DNA of 64,000 nucleotides, from the NCBI GenBank assembly GCA_013151635.1, contig JAADHV010000074.1, positions 36,959 through 100,958 of the forward strand. The letters run 5' to 3'. The notes beneath the pieces are model-generated. The model searched no databases, was not told the origin of the DNA, and worked only from the letters and a program-made list of their open reading frames with translations. Below, in pieces: positions 48,287-57,409 of this stretch; within the stretch, counting starts at the first letter, position 1; the number at the start of each line of letters is the position of its first letter. The translations under genes were made by a program, and so were the position numbers. Origin of the DNA: Deltaproteobacteria bacterium (GTDB lineage: Bacteria > Desulfobacterota > Desulfobacteria > Desulfobacterales > Desulfobacteraceae).

Positions 48287-50035
48287 ATGAAAAAAAAAAT
48301 AAATAACGAAATATCCCCTGATCCAAAAAAAATAGAGAAAGAACTTGGTGAATTTTTAAATAAAAAATTCGGCGGCAATGTAAAAATTATCACCCCGTCC
48401 GTGCTTCCCCAAAAGGAAACCGCCTTAGGCAAATCTGCTGTGGACGGTAAAAAAGCAATTATCAATTTTAATATAAAGCCTGAAGAACTTATTGCTTACC
48501 TTGATCAGTATGTTGTAAGACAAACAAAAGCAAAATCAGTTCTGTCAACCAAAATATGCACACACTTTAACCGGATCAGATATTCTAAGGCCACAGGCGC
48601 CGGGATGTCCAAAATCACGGGGAACATAAAATCCAATATTTTAATGCTTGGCCCGACCGGGATCGGTAAAACCTACCTGGTTAAGCTGATTGCAAAAAAA
48701 ATCGGGGTGCCGTTTGTAAAAGCAGATGCCACAAAATTTTCCGAAACAGGTTATGTTGGAGGAGATGTCGAGGATTTGATCCGGGATCTTGTCAAGGAAG
48801 CCAACGATGATATTGAACTTGCCCAGTGCGGTATTGTTTATGTTGATGAAATTGATAAAATTGCAGCAAGCCCCAATGTGATTGGTGCCCAGGTGTCAAG
48901 GACCGGCGTCCAGAGGGCTCTTTTAAAACCCATGGAGGAAACCGATGTTGACTTAAAAGTTCCCCATGACCCAGTGTCCATGATGCAGGAATTAGAAGCA
49001 TATCAAAGAACCGGGAAAAGAAGCAGTCGCCGCGTCAATACTTCTAATATACTTTTCATTGTCAGCGGTGCGTTTTCCGGACTTTCGGATGTTATAAGAA
49101 GACGGTTGACCAAACAAAACATCGGGTTTGGCTCAACACTTATCAAATCTCAAAAGGACAATGACTTATTACAACAAACCAAGACAGAAGACCTTGTAAA
49201 TTTCGGCTTTGAATCTGAATTCATCGGAAGAATCCCTGTTAAATGCATACTTGAACCCCTTAGTGAAGAAGATCTCTATTCTATCCTGAAAATGCCCAAT
49301 AACCCGGTTATTTTGAGCAAAAGGCTGGACTTTAACGCATATGGAATAAAAATTATTTTTACAGATGATGCACTGAAAATCCTTGCAAAAAGGGCCGGGA
49401 AAGAAAACACCGGTGCCAGGGGGCTCGTGAGTGCAGTAGAAGATGCCTTGCTTGATTTTGAAGAAAAACTTCCGTCACAAAATATTTCCCGATTTATTGT
49501 CAGCAAAGAAGTCCTGGAAGACCCCCAAACCCATCTTCGCGATCTTATATCCAAAAATGCCGAAGAAAAATGGAATAAGCTTTATGAAAAAGCCTTTCTT
49601 GAACATAAAGCTTATATTTCAAAATATATTAAAGATAACTGGAAGACATTTTCCATAAAACACGGACTGACTCTTTCAGAAATCCGGTGCAATATGGTGG
49701 CCCTCTATTTTTGCAATAATGTCATGGAAGTCGAAGATGCAGTAAAACAAATCAAAAAATTTCATGATACGATCAAAGAGATTGAGCTTGAAGTATCAAA
49801 GAGTTATGCTCTAAACATTGTTTTTGAAGAAGATGCCATTGATTTTCTGATTGAACAATTTATAAACCATAATGCAACCAGTGAAGAAATTTTATCAAAG
49901 ATCTATGACGGCTATTATGACGGATTTAATCTTATCCGGGAAAAAACAGGAAAAAACAGGTTTTTTCTATCTAAAAAAGCTTTAATAGACCATGAAACCT
50001 ACCTTAACGATCTTATCAGGAAAGAGATAACATGA
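48287..50035 (+). CDS. ClpX-family AAA+ unfoldase paralog lacking the N-terminal zinc-binding domain, with a ~165-aa C-terminal extension
   Basis: LDQYVVRQTKAK, Walker A GPTGIGKT, pore loop GYVG, Walker B VYVDEIDK, SRTGVQRALLK, an IGF-like loop (QNIGFGS), and sensor-2 GARGL. There is no C4 zinc finger. Confidence 0.85.
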   Translation: MKKKINNEISPDPKKIEKELGEFLNKKFGGNVKIITPSVLPQKETALGKSAVDGKKAIINFNIKPEELIAYLDQYVVRQTKAKSVLSTKICTHFNRIRYSKATGAGMSKITGNIKSNILMLGPTGIGKTYLVKLIAKKIGVPFVKADATKFSETGYVGGDVEDLIRDLVKEANDDIELAQCGIVYVDEIDKIAASPNVIGAQVSRTGVQRALLKPMEETDVDLKVPHDPVSMMQELEAYQRTGKRSSRRVNTSNILFIVSGAFSGLSDVIRRRLTKQNIGFGSTLIKSQKDNDLLQQTKTEDLVNFGFESEFIGRIPVKCILEPLSEEDLYSILKMPNNPVILSKRLDFNAYGIKIIFTDDALKILAKRAGKENTGARGLVSAVEDALLDFEEKLPSQNISRFIVSKEVLEDPQTHLRDLISKNAEEKWNKLYEKAFLEHKAYISKYIKDNWKTFSIKHGLTLSEIRCNMVALYFCNNVMEVEDAVKQIKKFHDTIKEIELEVSKSYALNIVFEEDAIDFLIEQFINHNATSEEILSKIYDGYYDGFNLIREKTGKNRFFLSKKALIDHETYLNDLIRKEIT

Positions 50036-51222
50036 TTGGAATTTCAAAGCTTTATTGTGCAACCGTAGAACCATCAGACGCATTAAGATACTCAAGGCAT
50101 TCAGGAAAGCTGCCCTCCCATCTTCTGCAATTTTCCAAAGATAAAAAACCGGTTGTTGTATGGAATATGACAAGACGGTGCAATCTTAAATGTGTTCACT
50201 GCTATGCCAGGTCAGAAGACATTTCCTATGACAATGAGCTTACCTATGAACAAAGCCTTGCCATGATGGATGACCTGGCTGATTTCGGCGTGCCTGTCCT
50301 CTTATTTTCAGGCGGGGAGCCCCTTGTACACCCAAGACTTGTCGAATATGCACAATATGCCGTCAGCAAAGGTATGCGGGCGGTTATTTCCACCAACGGG
50401 ACCTTGATTACAAAGGAAAAAGCCCGTACCTTAAAAGAAATCGGGCTTTCCTATGTGGGTATCAGCCTTGACGGTCTTAAAGAAACCCATGATAAATTCA
50501 GGGGGGTTAAAGGATCTTTCAAAAAGGCCATGGCAGCCATTAGAAACTGCCAGGAGGCCGGCATCAAAGTCGGGTTAAGGTTTACCATCAATAAAAGAAA
50601 CGTCAAAGATATCCCTGGTATTTTTGATCTTCTTGAAGAAAAAAATATCCCCAGGGCCTGCTTTTATCACCTGGTCTATTCAGGCAGGGGTTCTGAGATA
50701 GCCAAAGAAGACCTCTCCCATGAAGAAACAAGAAAAGTTCTTGATCTTATCATGGACAGGACAAAAGATCTCCATGACAGGAACCTTGCAAAAGAAGTCC
50801 TAACTGTTGATAACCATGCTGACGGCCCTTATGTATACCAGAGGCTTTTAAAGGAAGATCCCATGAGAGCTGCAGAAGTTCTCGAACTTCTTGAAATGAA
50901 TGAAGGAAATAATTCAGGCCGGGGCATAGGATGTATTTCCTGGGACGGTGAGGTACACCCGGACCAGTTCTGGCGTGAAAAGAGCCTGGGAAATATCAAA
51001 GATACGCCCTTCTCCAGGATATGGACCAATGTTGACAATGATTTTTTAATGAAACTCAAGGAAAAGAAAAAACATGTTAAAGGCAGGTGTGCCAAATGCA
51101 AGTGGCTTGATATCTGCGGCGGAAACTTTCGGGCTCGCGCGGAATCTGTTGCCAACGACCCTTGGGACAGTGATCCTGCCTGTTACCTGACAGACGAAGA
51201 GATCAAAAAGGAGGAGTCATAA
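50032..51222 (+). CDS. Radical SAM/SPASM enzyme of the siroheme-dependent heme pathway (NirJ-like; AhbC candidate, Fe-coproporphyrin III synthase)
   Basis: IGISKLYC...ALRYS N-terminus, CNLKCVHCYA (CxxxCxxC), and C-terminal CAKCKWLDICGGNFRAR. I cannot assign C versus D from sequence alone. Confidence 0.75.
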   Translation: MIGISKLYCATVEPSDALRYSRHSGKLPSHLLQFSKDKKPVVVWNMTRRCNLKCVHCYARSEDISYDNELTYEQSLAMMDDLADFGVPVLLFSGGEPLVHPRLVEYAQYAVSKGMRAVISTNGTLITKEKARTLKEIGLSYVGISLDGLKETHDKFRGVKGSFKKAMAAIRNCQEAGIKVGLRFTINKRNVKDIPGIFDLLEEKNIPRACFYHLVYSGRGSEIAKEDLSHEETRKVLDLIMDRTKDLHDRNLAKEVLTVDNHADGPYVYQRLLKEDPMRAAEVLELLEMNEGNNSGRGIGCISWDGEVHPDQFWREKSLGNIKDTPFSRIWTNVDNDFLMKLKEKKKHVKGRCAKCKWLDICGGNFRARAESVANDPWDSDPACYLTDEEIKKEES

Positions 51223-52196
51223 TGCTTTTTCCCGATTCCCGCGGACGAAGATTAAGAGCAAACAAGAATTTCAGAAGAATGATAAGGGAAACAAAGCTGT
51301 CCTGTGACGACCTTATACTTCCTTTATTTGCCATAGAGGGAAAAGCCAAAAAAAAACCCATTGAGTCCATGCCCGGCCATTTCCAGCTTTCCTGCGACCA
51401 TATTGTCACGGCCGCAGAAAAGGCATGCGATGCAGGTGTTCCTGCCATTATTTTATTTGGCATCCCCGATAAAAAAGATCCGCTGGCAACAAGGGCCTAT
51501 GCTTCTGACTCCATTGTTCAAAAAACTGTGCAGGAAGTTAAAGAAAAAGTCCCTGAAATTCTTGTCATAACTGATGTTTGTCTTTGCGGTTATATGGACC
51601 ACGGCCACTGCGGGGTTGTGGAAAACGGTACTATTGACAATGATGCCTCACTTGATCTTCTTGCAAAAACCGCTCTTTCACATGCAAAGGCCGGTGCGGA
51701 CATGGTGGCTCCGTCCGATATGATGGACGGCCGGGTGGGCGAGATACGCCAAACCCTTGATGAGGAAGGATTTTCTCACGTTCCCGTAATGTCATATGCT
51801 GTTAAATACAGCTCGGCGTTTTACGGTCCTTTCAGACAGGCAGCCGAATCTGCACCAAGGTTTGGTGACAGAAAAACCTACCAGATGGACCCTGCAAATT
51901 CCATTGAAGCCATAAGGGAAGCCTTCATGGATGTTGAGGAAGGTGCTGATATCATAATGGTAAAACCTGCCCTGTCCTATCTTGATATTATCTATCGGTT
52001 GAAACAGGAAATTGATCTTCCAATCGCAGCATACAATGTCAGCGGGGAATATTCCATAATGAAAGCCGGGGAAATGATGGGATGGGTAGATGCAAACAAA
52101 ATCATCATGGAAACCCTTTTGTCCATTAAAAGAGCCGGTGCGGATTTAATCTTAACATATTCCGCTGTTGATGTTGCAAGGGAGCTGAATAAATAA
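51222..52196 (+). CDS. hemB: Porphobilinogen synthase (Zn-type)
   Basis: RRLR...; Zn site DVCLCGYMDHGHCG; active-site region PSDMMDGRV and MVKPA. Confidence 0.96.
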   Translation: MLFPDSRGRRLRANKNFRRMIRETKLSCDDLILPLFAIEGKAKKKPIESMPGHFQLSCDHIVTAAEKACDAGVPAIILFGIPDKKDPLATRAYASDSIVQKTVQEVKEKVPEILVITDVCLCGYMDHGHCGVVENGTIDNDASLDLLAKTALSHAKAGADMVAPSDMMDGRVGEIRQTLDEEGFSHVPVMSYAVKYSSAFYGPFRQAAESAPRFGDRKTYQMDPANSIEAIREAFMDVEEGADIIMVKPALSYLDIIYRLKQEIDLPIAAYNVSGEYSIMKAGEMMGWVDANKIIMETLLSIKRAGADLILTYSAVDVARELNK

Positions 52197-53278
52197 TGAG
52201 CCATCCCCACGGACAGGACCATAACCCCCGGGCAAATACTATCCGTCTTGTTGCCTGGGAAACCACACGAAGGTGCAATCTTGCCTGCAAACACTGCAGG
52301 GCTGTGGCAGAAAACCATACTTATGATAATGAACTTGACACCCGGGCTTCTTTCAGACTGCTGGAACAGATCAAACAGGTTGGTGACCCCATTATTATCC
52401 TTACCGGAGGAGAACCGCTTTTAAGGGATGATATTTTTGATATCGCAGCGTTTGGAACCAGATTAGGGCTCCGCATGGTTATGGCACCAAACGGGACTTT
52501 AATAACCCGCAAGATTGCCCTGAAGATGAAAGAATCCGGTATCAGGAGAATCAGTGTCAGCCTTGACGGGTCAACTCCTGAAACCCATGATGCTTTCAGG
52601 GGGCTTGAAAATGCATTTGATAATTCCATCCGGGGTATAAAAATTGCGAAAAAAGCCGGCATTGACTTTCAAATCAACACCACAATAACCAAGACCAATC
52701 TTGATCAAATACCAAAAATTCTGGATCTTGCAGAAGAATTAGGGGCAGTTGCCCATCATATTTTCCTTCTTGTTCCAACAGGACGCGGAAAATATATTGT
52801 GGACAGTGAAATCAATGCTGAAGAATACGAAGAAACCCTGAACTGGTTCTATGATCAACGGGAAAAGACAGGCCTTCAGCTTAAAGCTACCTGTGCACCC
52901 CACTATTACAGGATATTGAGGCAGCGCGCCAGGAAAGACGGGAAAAAAGTGACATTTGAAACCCATGGACTGGATGCTGTTACAAGGGGATGTCTTGCCG
53001 GAACAGGCTTTTGTTTTATTTCCCATGTGGGCAGAGTTCAAACCTGTGGTTTTCTGGATGTTAAATGCGGTGACATTACCCGCCAGACCTTTAAAGAAGT
53101 CTGGGAAAATTCCGAGGTTTTTAACAAGCTTAGAGACTTTAATAATCTTGAAAGCAAATGCGGGGCTTGTGAGTATAAAAGGGTTTGCGGCGGGTGCCGT
53201 GCCCGTGCCTATGAAGCAACCGGAAATTTTCTTGCACAAGAACCGCTTTGTTCTTACCAGCCCAAAACCTTTCAATAA
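52196..53278 (+). CDS. Radical SAM/SPASM enzyme (NirJ-like; AhbD candidate, heme b synthase)
   Basis: RLVAWETTRRCNLACKHCRA and C-terminal CGACEYKRVCGGCRARAY. The rSAM-hemB-rSAM arrangement matches what I recall for Desulfovibrio ahbC/hemB/ahbD. Confidence 0.75.
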   Translation: MSHPHGQDHNPRANTIRLVAWETTRRCNLACKHCRAVAENHTYDNELDTRASFRLLEQIKQVGDPIIILTGGEPLLRDDIFDIAAFGTRLGLRMVMAPNGTLITRKIALKMKESGIRRISVSLDGSTPETHDAFRGLENAFDNSIRGIKIAKKAGIDFQINTTITKTNLDQIPKILDLAEELGAVAHHIFLLVPTGRGKYIVDSEINAEEYEETLNWFYDQREKTGLQLKATCAPHYYRILRQRARKDGKKVTFETHGLDAVTRGCLAGTGFCFISHVGRVQTCGFLDVKCGDITRQTFKEVWENSEVFNKLRDFNNLESKCGACEYKRVCGGCRARAYEATGNFLAQEPLCSYQPKTFQ

Positions 53279-53302
53279 AAAATTTTCTCTATAAAATTAA
53301 AA

Positions 53303-53340
53303 AGAGGCGGGAAACTAAAAAATTTCCAGCCTCTTTTGCT
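53303..53340. terminator. Bidirectional rho-independent terminator between convergent genes
   Basis: AGAGGCGGGAAA / TTTCCAGCCTCT stem (one bulge, 8-nt loop), flanked by an A-run on the left and a T-run on the right. Confidence 0.75.
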
Positions 53341-53354
53341 TTTAAACAAACAGG

Positions 53355-53543
53355 TTATATTCTGGCAAGCCTTCTTGTCAGGCCTGCGGCAATTAGCAAT
53401 CCTGAACCGAGAACAAAAAGGGCCATGGGTTCTGATAAAGGATTTTGGGCAAAAAAAGCACCGATTTTATCTGCATGGGCAAATACAGGGTAGAAAAAAA
53501 TAATTGGTATAAAAACTGCAAAAAGCACTATGTATCTTTTCAT
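53355..53543 (-). CDS. Mini-protein: signal peptide + ~13-aa segment + PEP-CTERM-like sorting domain
   Basis: MKRYIVLFAVFIPIIFFYPVFAHA|DKIGAFFAQNPL-SEP-MALFVLGSGLLIAAGL-TRRLARI. Strong AAGGAGGG RBS. Confidence 0.6.
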   Translation of the reverse strand: MKRYIVLFAVFIPIIFFYPVFAHADKIGAFFAQNPLSEPMALFVLGSGLLIAAGLTRRLARI

Positions 53544-53614
53544 GTAACCCTCCTTAAAAAGGGATTTATAATCTTTTATTCAAAACAATCTTGATTCGTT
53601 TAAAAATAGTTATA

Positions 53615-53629
53615 GCAAAGAACATACCA
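53615..53629 (-). promoter_or_regulatory. Candidate sigma-54 promoter for the PEP-CTERM mini-ORF
   Basis: The minus strand reads TGGTAT-GTTCT-TTGC. GG and TTGC have correct spacing, but the -24 half is degenerate. Confidence 0.4.
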
Positions 53630-53801
53630 GGACGTAGCAGTAAAATATTTTTTTAACTAAATCTCCTTTATTCAAAGGGCTTTAATTAAAAACGCTTATC
53701 TTTATGACATGTGACGATTTATGAATTAAGGAAAATAAGTGACAAAAATATGTACTTTTATTCACAATTATTGTAAAAATAAAAATTAATTAGCTCTCAT
53801 T

Positions 53802-55886
53802 TTAAATTGAATTCAGTGTTAACGTAATAGGTCTGTCTTCTTCTGTATTTCCTGTGAACCTTACCGGTCCAGGACGGCGGTACCGATCCTTTTTGGATTC
53901 TGCGGCAAGCCATTCGTTTCTCAATGCCTTAAAGATCCTGAAGGCATTAGAATTCAAATCCACAAGGCTTTTTTCAATCACAAGAGTGAGTTTTCCTTTT
54001 CTTTCCTCAAGGCGCATCAGTTTTGCTATGGGAATGCCAATGGGTTCCCATTTATCAAACTTTTTTTCAAGGTTCTTTATGGCTGCCATTTGCCCGGTTG
54101 CACCATTTGCAATAAGGTGAAACACCGTCATTCCGAGGTTGTAGGTATAATTACAATCGAAATGGGTGGGATCAGATCCCCTCCCGTCATAACCGTAAAA
54201 ATGAGTTTGTGTTTTAAATTCAGGATCTGATTTTTTAAATATCAGGGCAATGGGCTCAGGCACCTTATCGTCCGGGCTGATTAAGTTGCTGTTGATCAAT
54301 GCCTGTTTCAGTGTTTTAAGAGAAATTATGGATTCTTTGATGATAAGGTATTTATCATCAGGATTTTTAAATATTGTTTTTGCTAATTTACCCGGAATAA
54401 ATCCGGTGTTTTCCATAATTGAATTGTAATCGGATCTTTTAATACCGATTTTATACTTGCCCTGTTCTTTTAGTATGCCAAGGTATTCTTTTACCATATC
54501 CATGATAATTTTTTCTGTTTTTACCTGGGAAAACTGGAAATTGCCATGGGTATCCCTTTCCAGCAGCAGGCCTTCCTGAAAAAAAGACGGCAGCTGGTTA
54601 AACAAATCATCATCCCTTAAATTCCAGATAGGAAATTTGTCCTTATCTCCAAGGCCCCGGGCCAGTCGTTTCAAGTATTCAAGTTTGTTATTCAGGACAG
54701 GGAACGAGGTATGAAAATCATTGTCATGAATATGGTTATACTCGGAAATAATTTTACTCAGTTTGATGATGAATACCTGAATTTCATTGACAAACTCAAG
54801 AATACCTTCCGGAATTATGATTACGCCAAAATTCTTCCCCTTTGAAGCTCGTTTCACTATTGTATCACATATTAACCTTGACAAATGGCGAAGGGTCATG
54901 CCGTACGCTGTATAATCAATGGTTCCGTTTTCCCGGGCTCTTTCAATTCTCTGGTGATCCGTATAGTCTGCTAGTTCTTCTCCAATCAGGGAAAGGTTGG
55001 CATGGGTCTGGAAAGCACATTCCAATGCCAAATGGCTTGCAACCCTTCCCATAACTTTGCATATGTGCCAGTATTTTACGTTCGAGCTTGCATCTGTTGT
55101 AAGGTTACTGATACTCTGTGAAAAAGCCCTTGCAGCAGTATGATATCCAAATGATATGGCACAAAGAGTTTCCTTATTATCTGTTTTCACCTGTATATCA
55201 CCGTCAATTGTTTTAGGGACACCTATGACCTTGATACCTGTGCTTTTAAAATGCTGGGCAAGAAAGGCGGCATTGGTATTTGAATCATCACCTCCTATCA
55301 CCACAAGGGCATCCAGTTCCAGCTCCATACAGGTTTTTAATGATAATTCCATTTTATTTTTTGAATCTATTTTGGTTCTCCCGGTCCTGATCATGGAAAA
55401 CCCACCCATATTCCGGTATGCATCCACAAGGCTTTTTGTAATCTCGACATATTTTGATTTAAGTAAACCCTCAGGCCCTAAAAGGAATCCAAACATTTTG
55501 GACTCAGGATTATACTTTTTAAGCTCATCATAAAGGCCTGCGATCACATTATGGCCGCCTGGCGCAGGGCCCCCTGAAAAAACCACACCGATATTCCTCT
55601 GCATAGAAAATGCCCTTTGGGCGCTTCTGGACTTACCATCTCCCGGTACAAGCCTTTGAACAAAATTATTTATAATACCGGGAAGCAATTTTTGTGCTTC
55701 CTTGTCACTTGTAAATTTATGTTCAGGCAAATTTTCAAGGTTTGTATACCTTGATGAAAAAATCTTAATTTTCTTGGGGGAAAATGATCGTCTTTCAATG
55801 GTTTCAGTGTTTACATCCGAGGTTACATGCCCTGTTTTCGCGTGATTCAATAAGAATTCAAGTGATCTGTAAGTCTTTATTTCCAT
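53802..55886 (-). CDS. pfp: Pyrophosphate-dependent 6-phosphofructokinase (long form, 694 aa)
   Basis: GVVFSGGPAPGGHNV, GGDDSNT (Asp rather than Gly, which implies a PPi donor), and PKTIDGD (Lys). Confidence 0.88.
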   Translation of the reverse strand: MEIKTYRSLEFLLNHAKTGHVTSDVNTETIERRSFSPKKIKIFSSRYTNLENLPEHKFTSDKEAQKLLPGIINNFVQRLVPGDGKSRSAQRAFSMQRNIGVVFSGGPAPGGHNVIAGLYDELKKYNPESKMFGFLLGPEGLLKSKYVEITKSLVDAYRNMGGFSMIRTGRTKIDSKNKMELSLKTCMELELDALVVIGGDDSNTNAAFLAQHFKSTGIKVIGVPKTIDGDIQVKTDNKETLCAISFGYHTAARAFSQSISNLTTDASSNVKYWHICKVMGRVASHLALECAFQTHANLSLIGEELADYTDHQRIERARENGTIDYTAYGMTLRHLSRLICDTIVKRASKGKNFGVIIIPEGILEFVNEIQVFIIKLSKIISEYNHIHDNDFHTSFPVLNNKLEYLKRLARGLGDKDKFPIWNLRDDDLFNQLPSFFQEGLLLERDTHGNFQFSQVKTEKIIMDMVKEYLGILKEQGKYKIGIKRSDYNSIMENTGFIPGKLAKTIFKNPDDKYLIIKESIISLKTLKQALINSNLISPDDKVPEPIALIFKKSDPEFKTQTHFYGYDGRGSDPTHFDCNYTYNLGMTVFHLIANGATGQMAAIKNLEKKFDKWEPIGIPIAKLMRLEERKGKLTLVIEKSLVDLNSNAFRIFKALRNEWLAAESKKDRYRRPGPVRFTGNTEEDRPITLTLNSI

Positions 55887-55910
55887 ATCTGCTCCTGTTA
55901 TCTGTTCAAA

Positions 55911-57347
55911 TCAATTGACCTGGACCCTGTTCCTTCCCCTTTCTTTGGCCTGGTAAACTGCAATATCAGCGCGTTCAAAAATCTGTTGATGATTTTCATC
56001 ACCTTCCCTGGATTGTGAGATACCAATACTGACGGTCACCTTAACTTTGTCTTTCTTATAAATAAATTCTATTTTTTCAATTGTCTGCCTGATTTTTTCT
56101 GCCGCCTCTTTTGCTCCTTTAATGTCAGTCTCCGGCATAATCACCGTGAACTCCTCTCCACCATATCGTGCAAGCATATCATTTTTTCTCACCAAAGGAA
56201 TGCTCCGCTTAATAATTTCTTTAAGACATCTGTCACCAATGGAGTGGCCATAATTGTCGTTTATCAACTTAAATTTATCAGCATCAATTAAGAGCAGTGA
56301 AAACTTTGTGCCATACCTTAAGAACCTTGCCATTTCATCTTCAATCCTTTTGTCATAGGCCCGCCTGTTATAAGCACCTGTTAACTGGTCCTGGTTCAAT
56401 TTTTTTTCAAGCTCTTCTGAATACTTTGTTGCATCATCAAGTTCCTGTTTCAATTTTACAAAACCGGATTTAAATGCGTGCCTGTTTTTTTTGGCAATTT
56501 CCTTGATGGCCCTGTCTTTTGCCTGCTTTGTCTCAAGGGCATTCTCAATGGAGGCCAGCCTTTTTGATACCTGGATTTTCAACTCGTCAAGGCTTGATGC
56601 CACATCTGACGTTTGTTTGAGTCCCTTCATTTCAAAAGTCAAGACCGATTCAAATCCGTCATTGGATTGAAACATGGAATCTGTCTGCTGATAGGTTGTC
56701 GCAAGTTTGGATTCTATATCAAGTATTTTACCGACAACTTCCCTGACAAAGGCACTGATCTTTTCCCTGTCCTGGCTTGTATCGGAAATATAAACAAAAA
56801 CAAGGCTGAATACGCTTTCCCTGATATCACTGATATCACTTGTATCTTCCGCAGCTTTTATCCTGGCTGTAAGATTATCAAGTTTAGCAGCATATTTTTT
56901 GTCCAGGTTGGACCTAAGATTATTCACCACATCATGGTAACTTTGCTTATACTCATCTATAAAAGATTCCGAACCACCTTTTATCAAAGAAGAAAAAAGT
57001 CCCTTTTTCTTCCGACATGATACAGGGCCGATATCCTCTTTTATCATGGCGGTTTTTAATTTCTCAAAAATATATTCTATCTTGCCTTCGGATTCCCCTT
57101 TTTTCAGCGCCACGCTCAGGTTTTTGCAACCTTTTGCAAATGAATTATCACCCGTTGCAACAGAGTCGATAATCACAGGGATATATTTTCGATACAATCT
57201 ATTCATTTTTTCAAATCGCTCTTCAACCCCATCAAGCTCTTTTAACAAAACATCTTTCTGAGACAGAAGTTTTTTTACCTGATCCTGCAATGTCATTAAT
57301 TTTTCTTCCCGGACAGAACTCATAGAAAATATATCCTTTTTTGCCAT
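55911..57347 (-). CDS. Diguanylate cyclase (GGDEF) with a long N-terminal coiled-coil region
   Basis: DQLTGAYNRR and RYGGEEF (active GGEEF). The I-site RKND lies 5 residues upstream. Confidence 0.9.
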   Translation of the reverse strand: MAKKDIFSMSSVREEKLMTLQDQVKKLLSQKDVLLKELDGVEERFEKMNRLYRKYIPVIIDSVATGDNSFAKGCKNLSVALKKGESEGKIEYIFEKLKTAMIKEDIGPVSCRKKKGLFSSLIKGGSESFIDEYKQSYHDVVNNLRSNLDKKYAAKLDNLTARIKAAEDTSDISDIRESVFSLVFVYISDTSQDREKISAFVREVVGKILDIESKLATTYQQTDSMFQSNDGFESVLTFEMKGLKQTSDVASSLDELKIQVSKRLASIENALETKQAKDRAIKEIAKKNRHAFKSGFVKLKQELDDATKYSEELEKKLNQDQLTGAYNRRAYDKRIEDEMARFLRYGTKFSLLLIDADKFKLINDNYGHSIGDRCLKEIIKRSIPLVRKNDMLARYGGEEFTVIMPETDIKGAKEAAEKIRQTIEKIEFIYKKDKVKVTVSIGISQSREGDENHQQIFERADIAVYQAKERGRNRVQVN

Positions 57348-57409
57348 TAATCCAATGATTCTTATTTTTAACTATAGACAACCGGAAAGTAAAGTCTCAT
57401 TGTTAATTT

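Noticed and set aside
52739-53275. 178-aa ORF antisense to the second radical SAM gene, and similar antisense ORFs (for example 18230-18679, 45994-46380, 44911-45276 and 40975-41295)
   Set aside because: All lie within well-supported CDSs on the opposite strand. They have no RBS or recognisable motifs, and long antisense ORFs are expected by chance in AT-rich coding DNA.
55911-57347. GGDEF protein considered as part of the pilus regulatory system
   Set aside because: It lies more than 22 kb from the pilus genes, separated by unrelated operons. There is no sequence-level evidence for a link.
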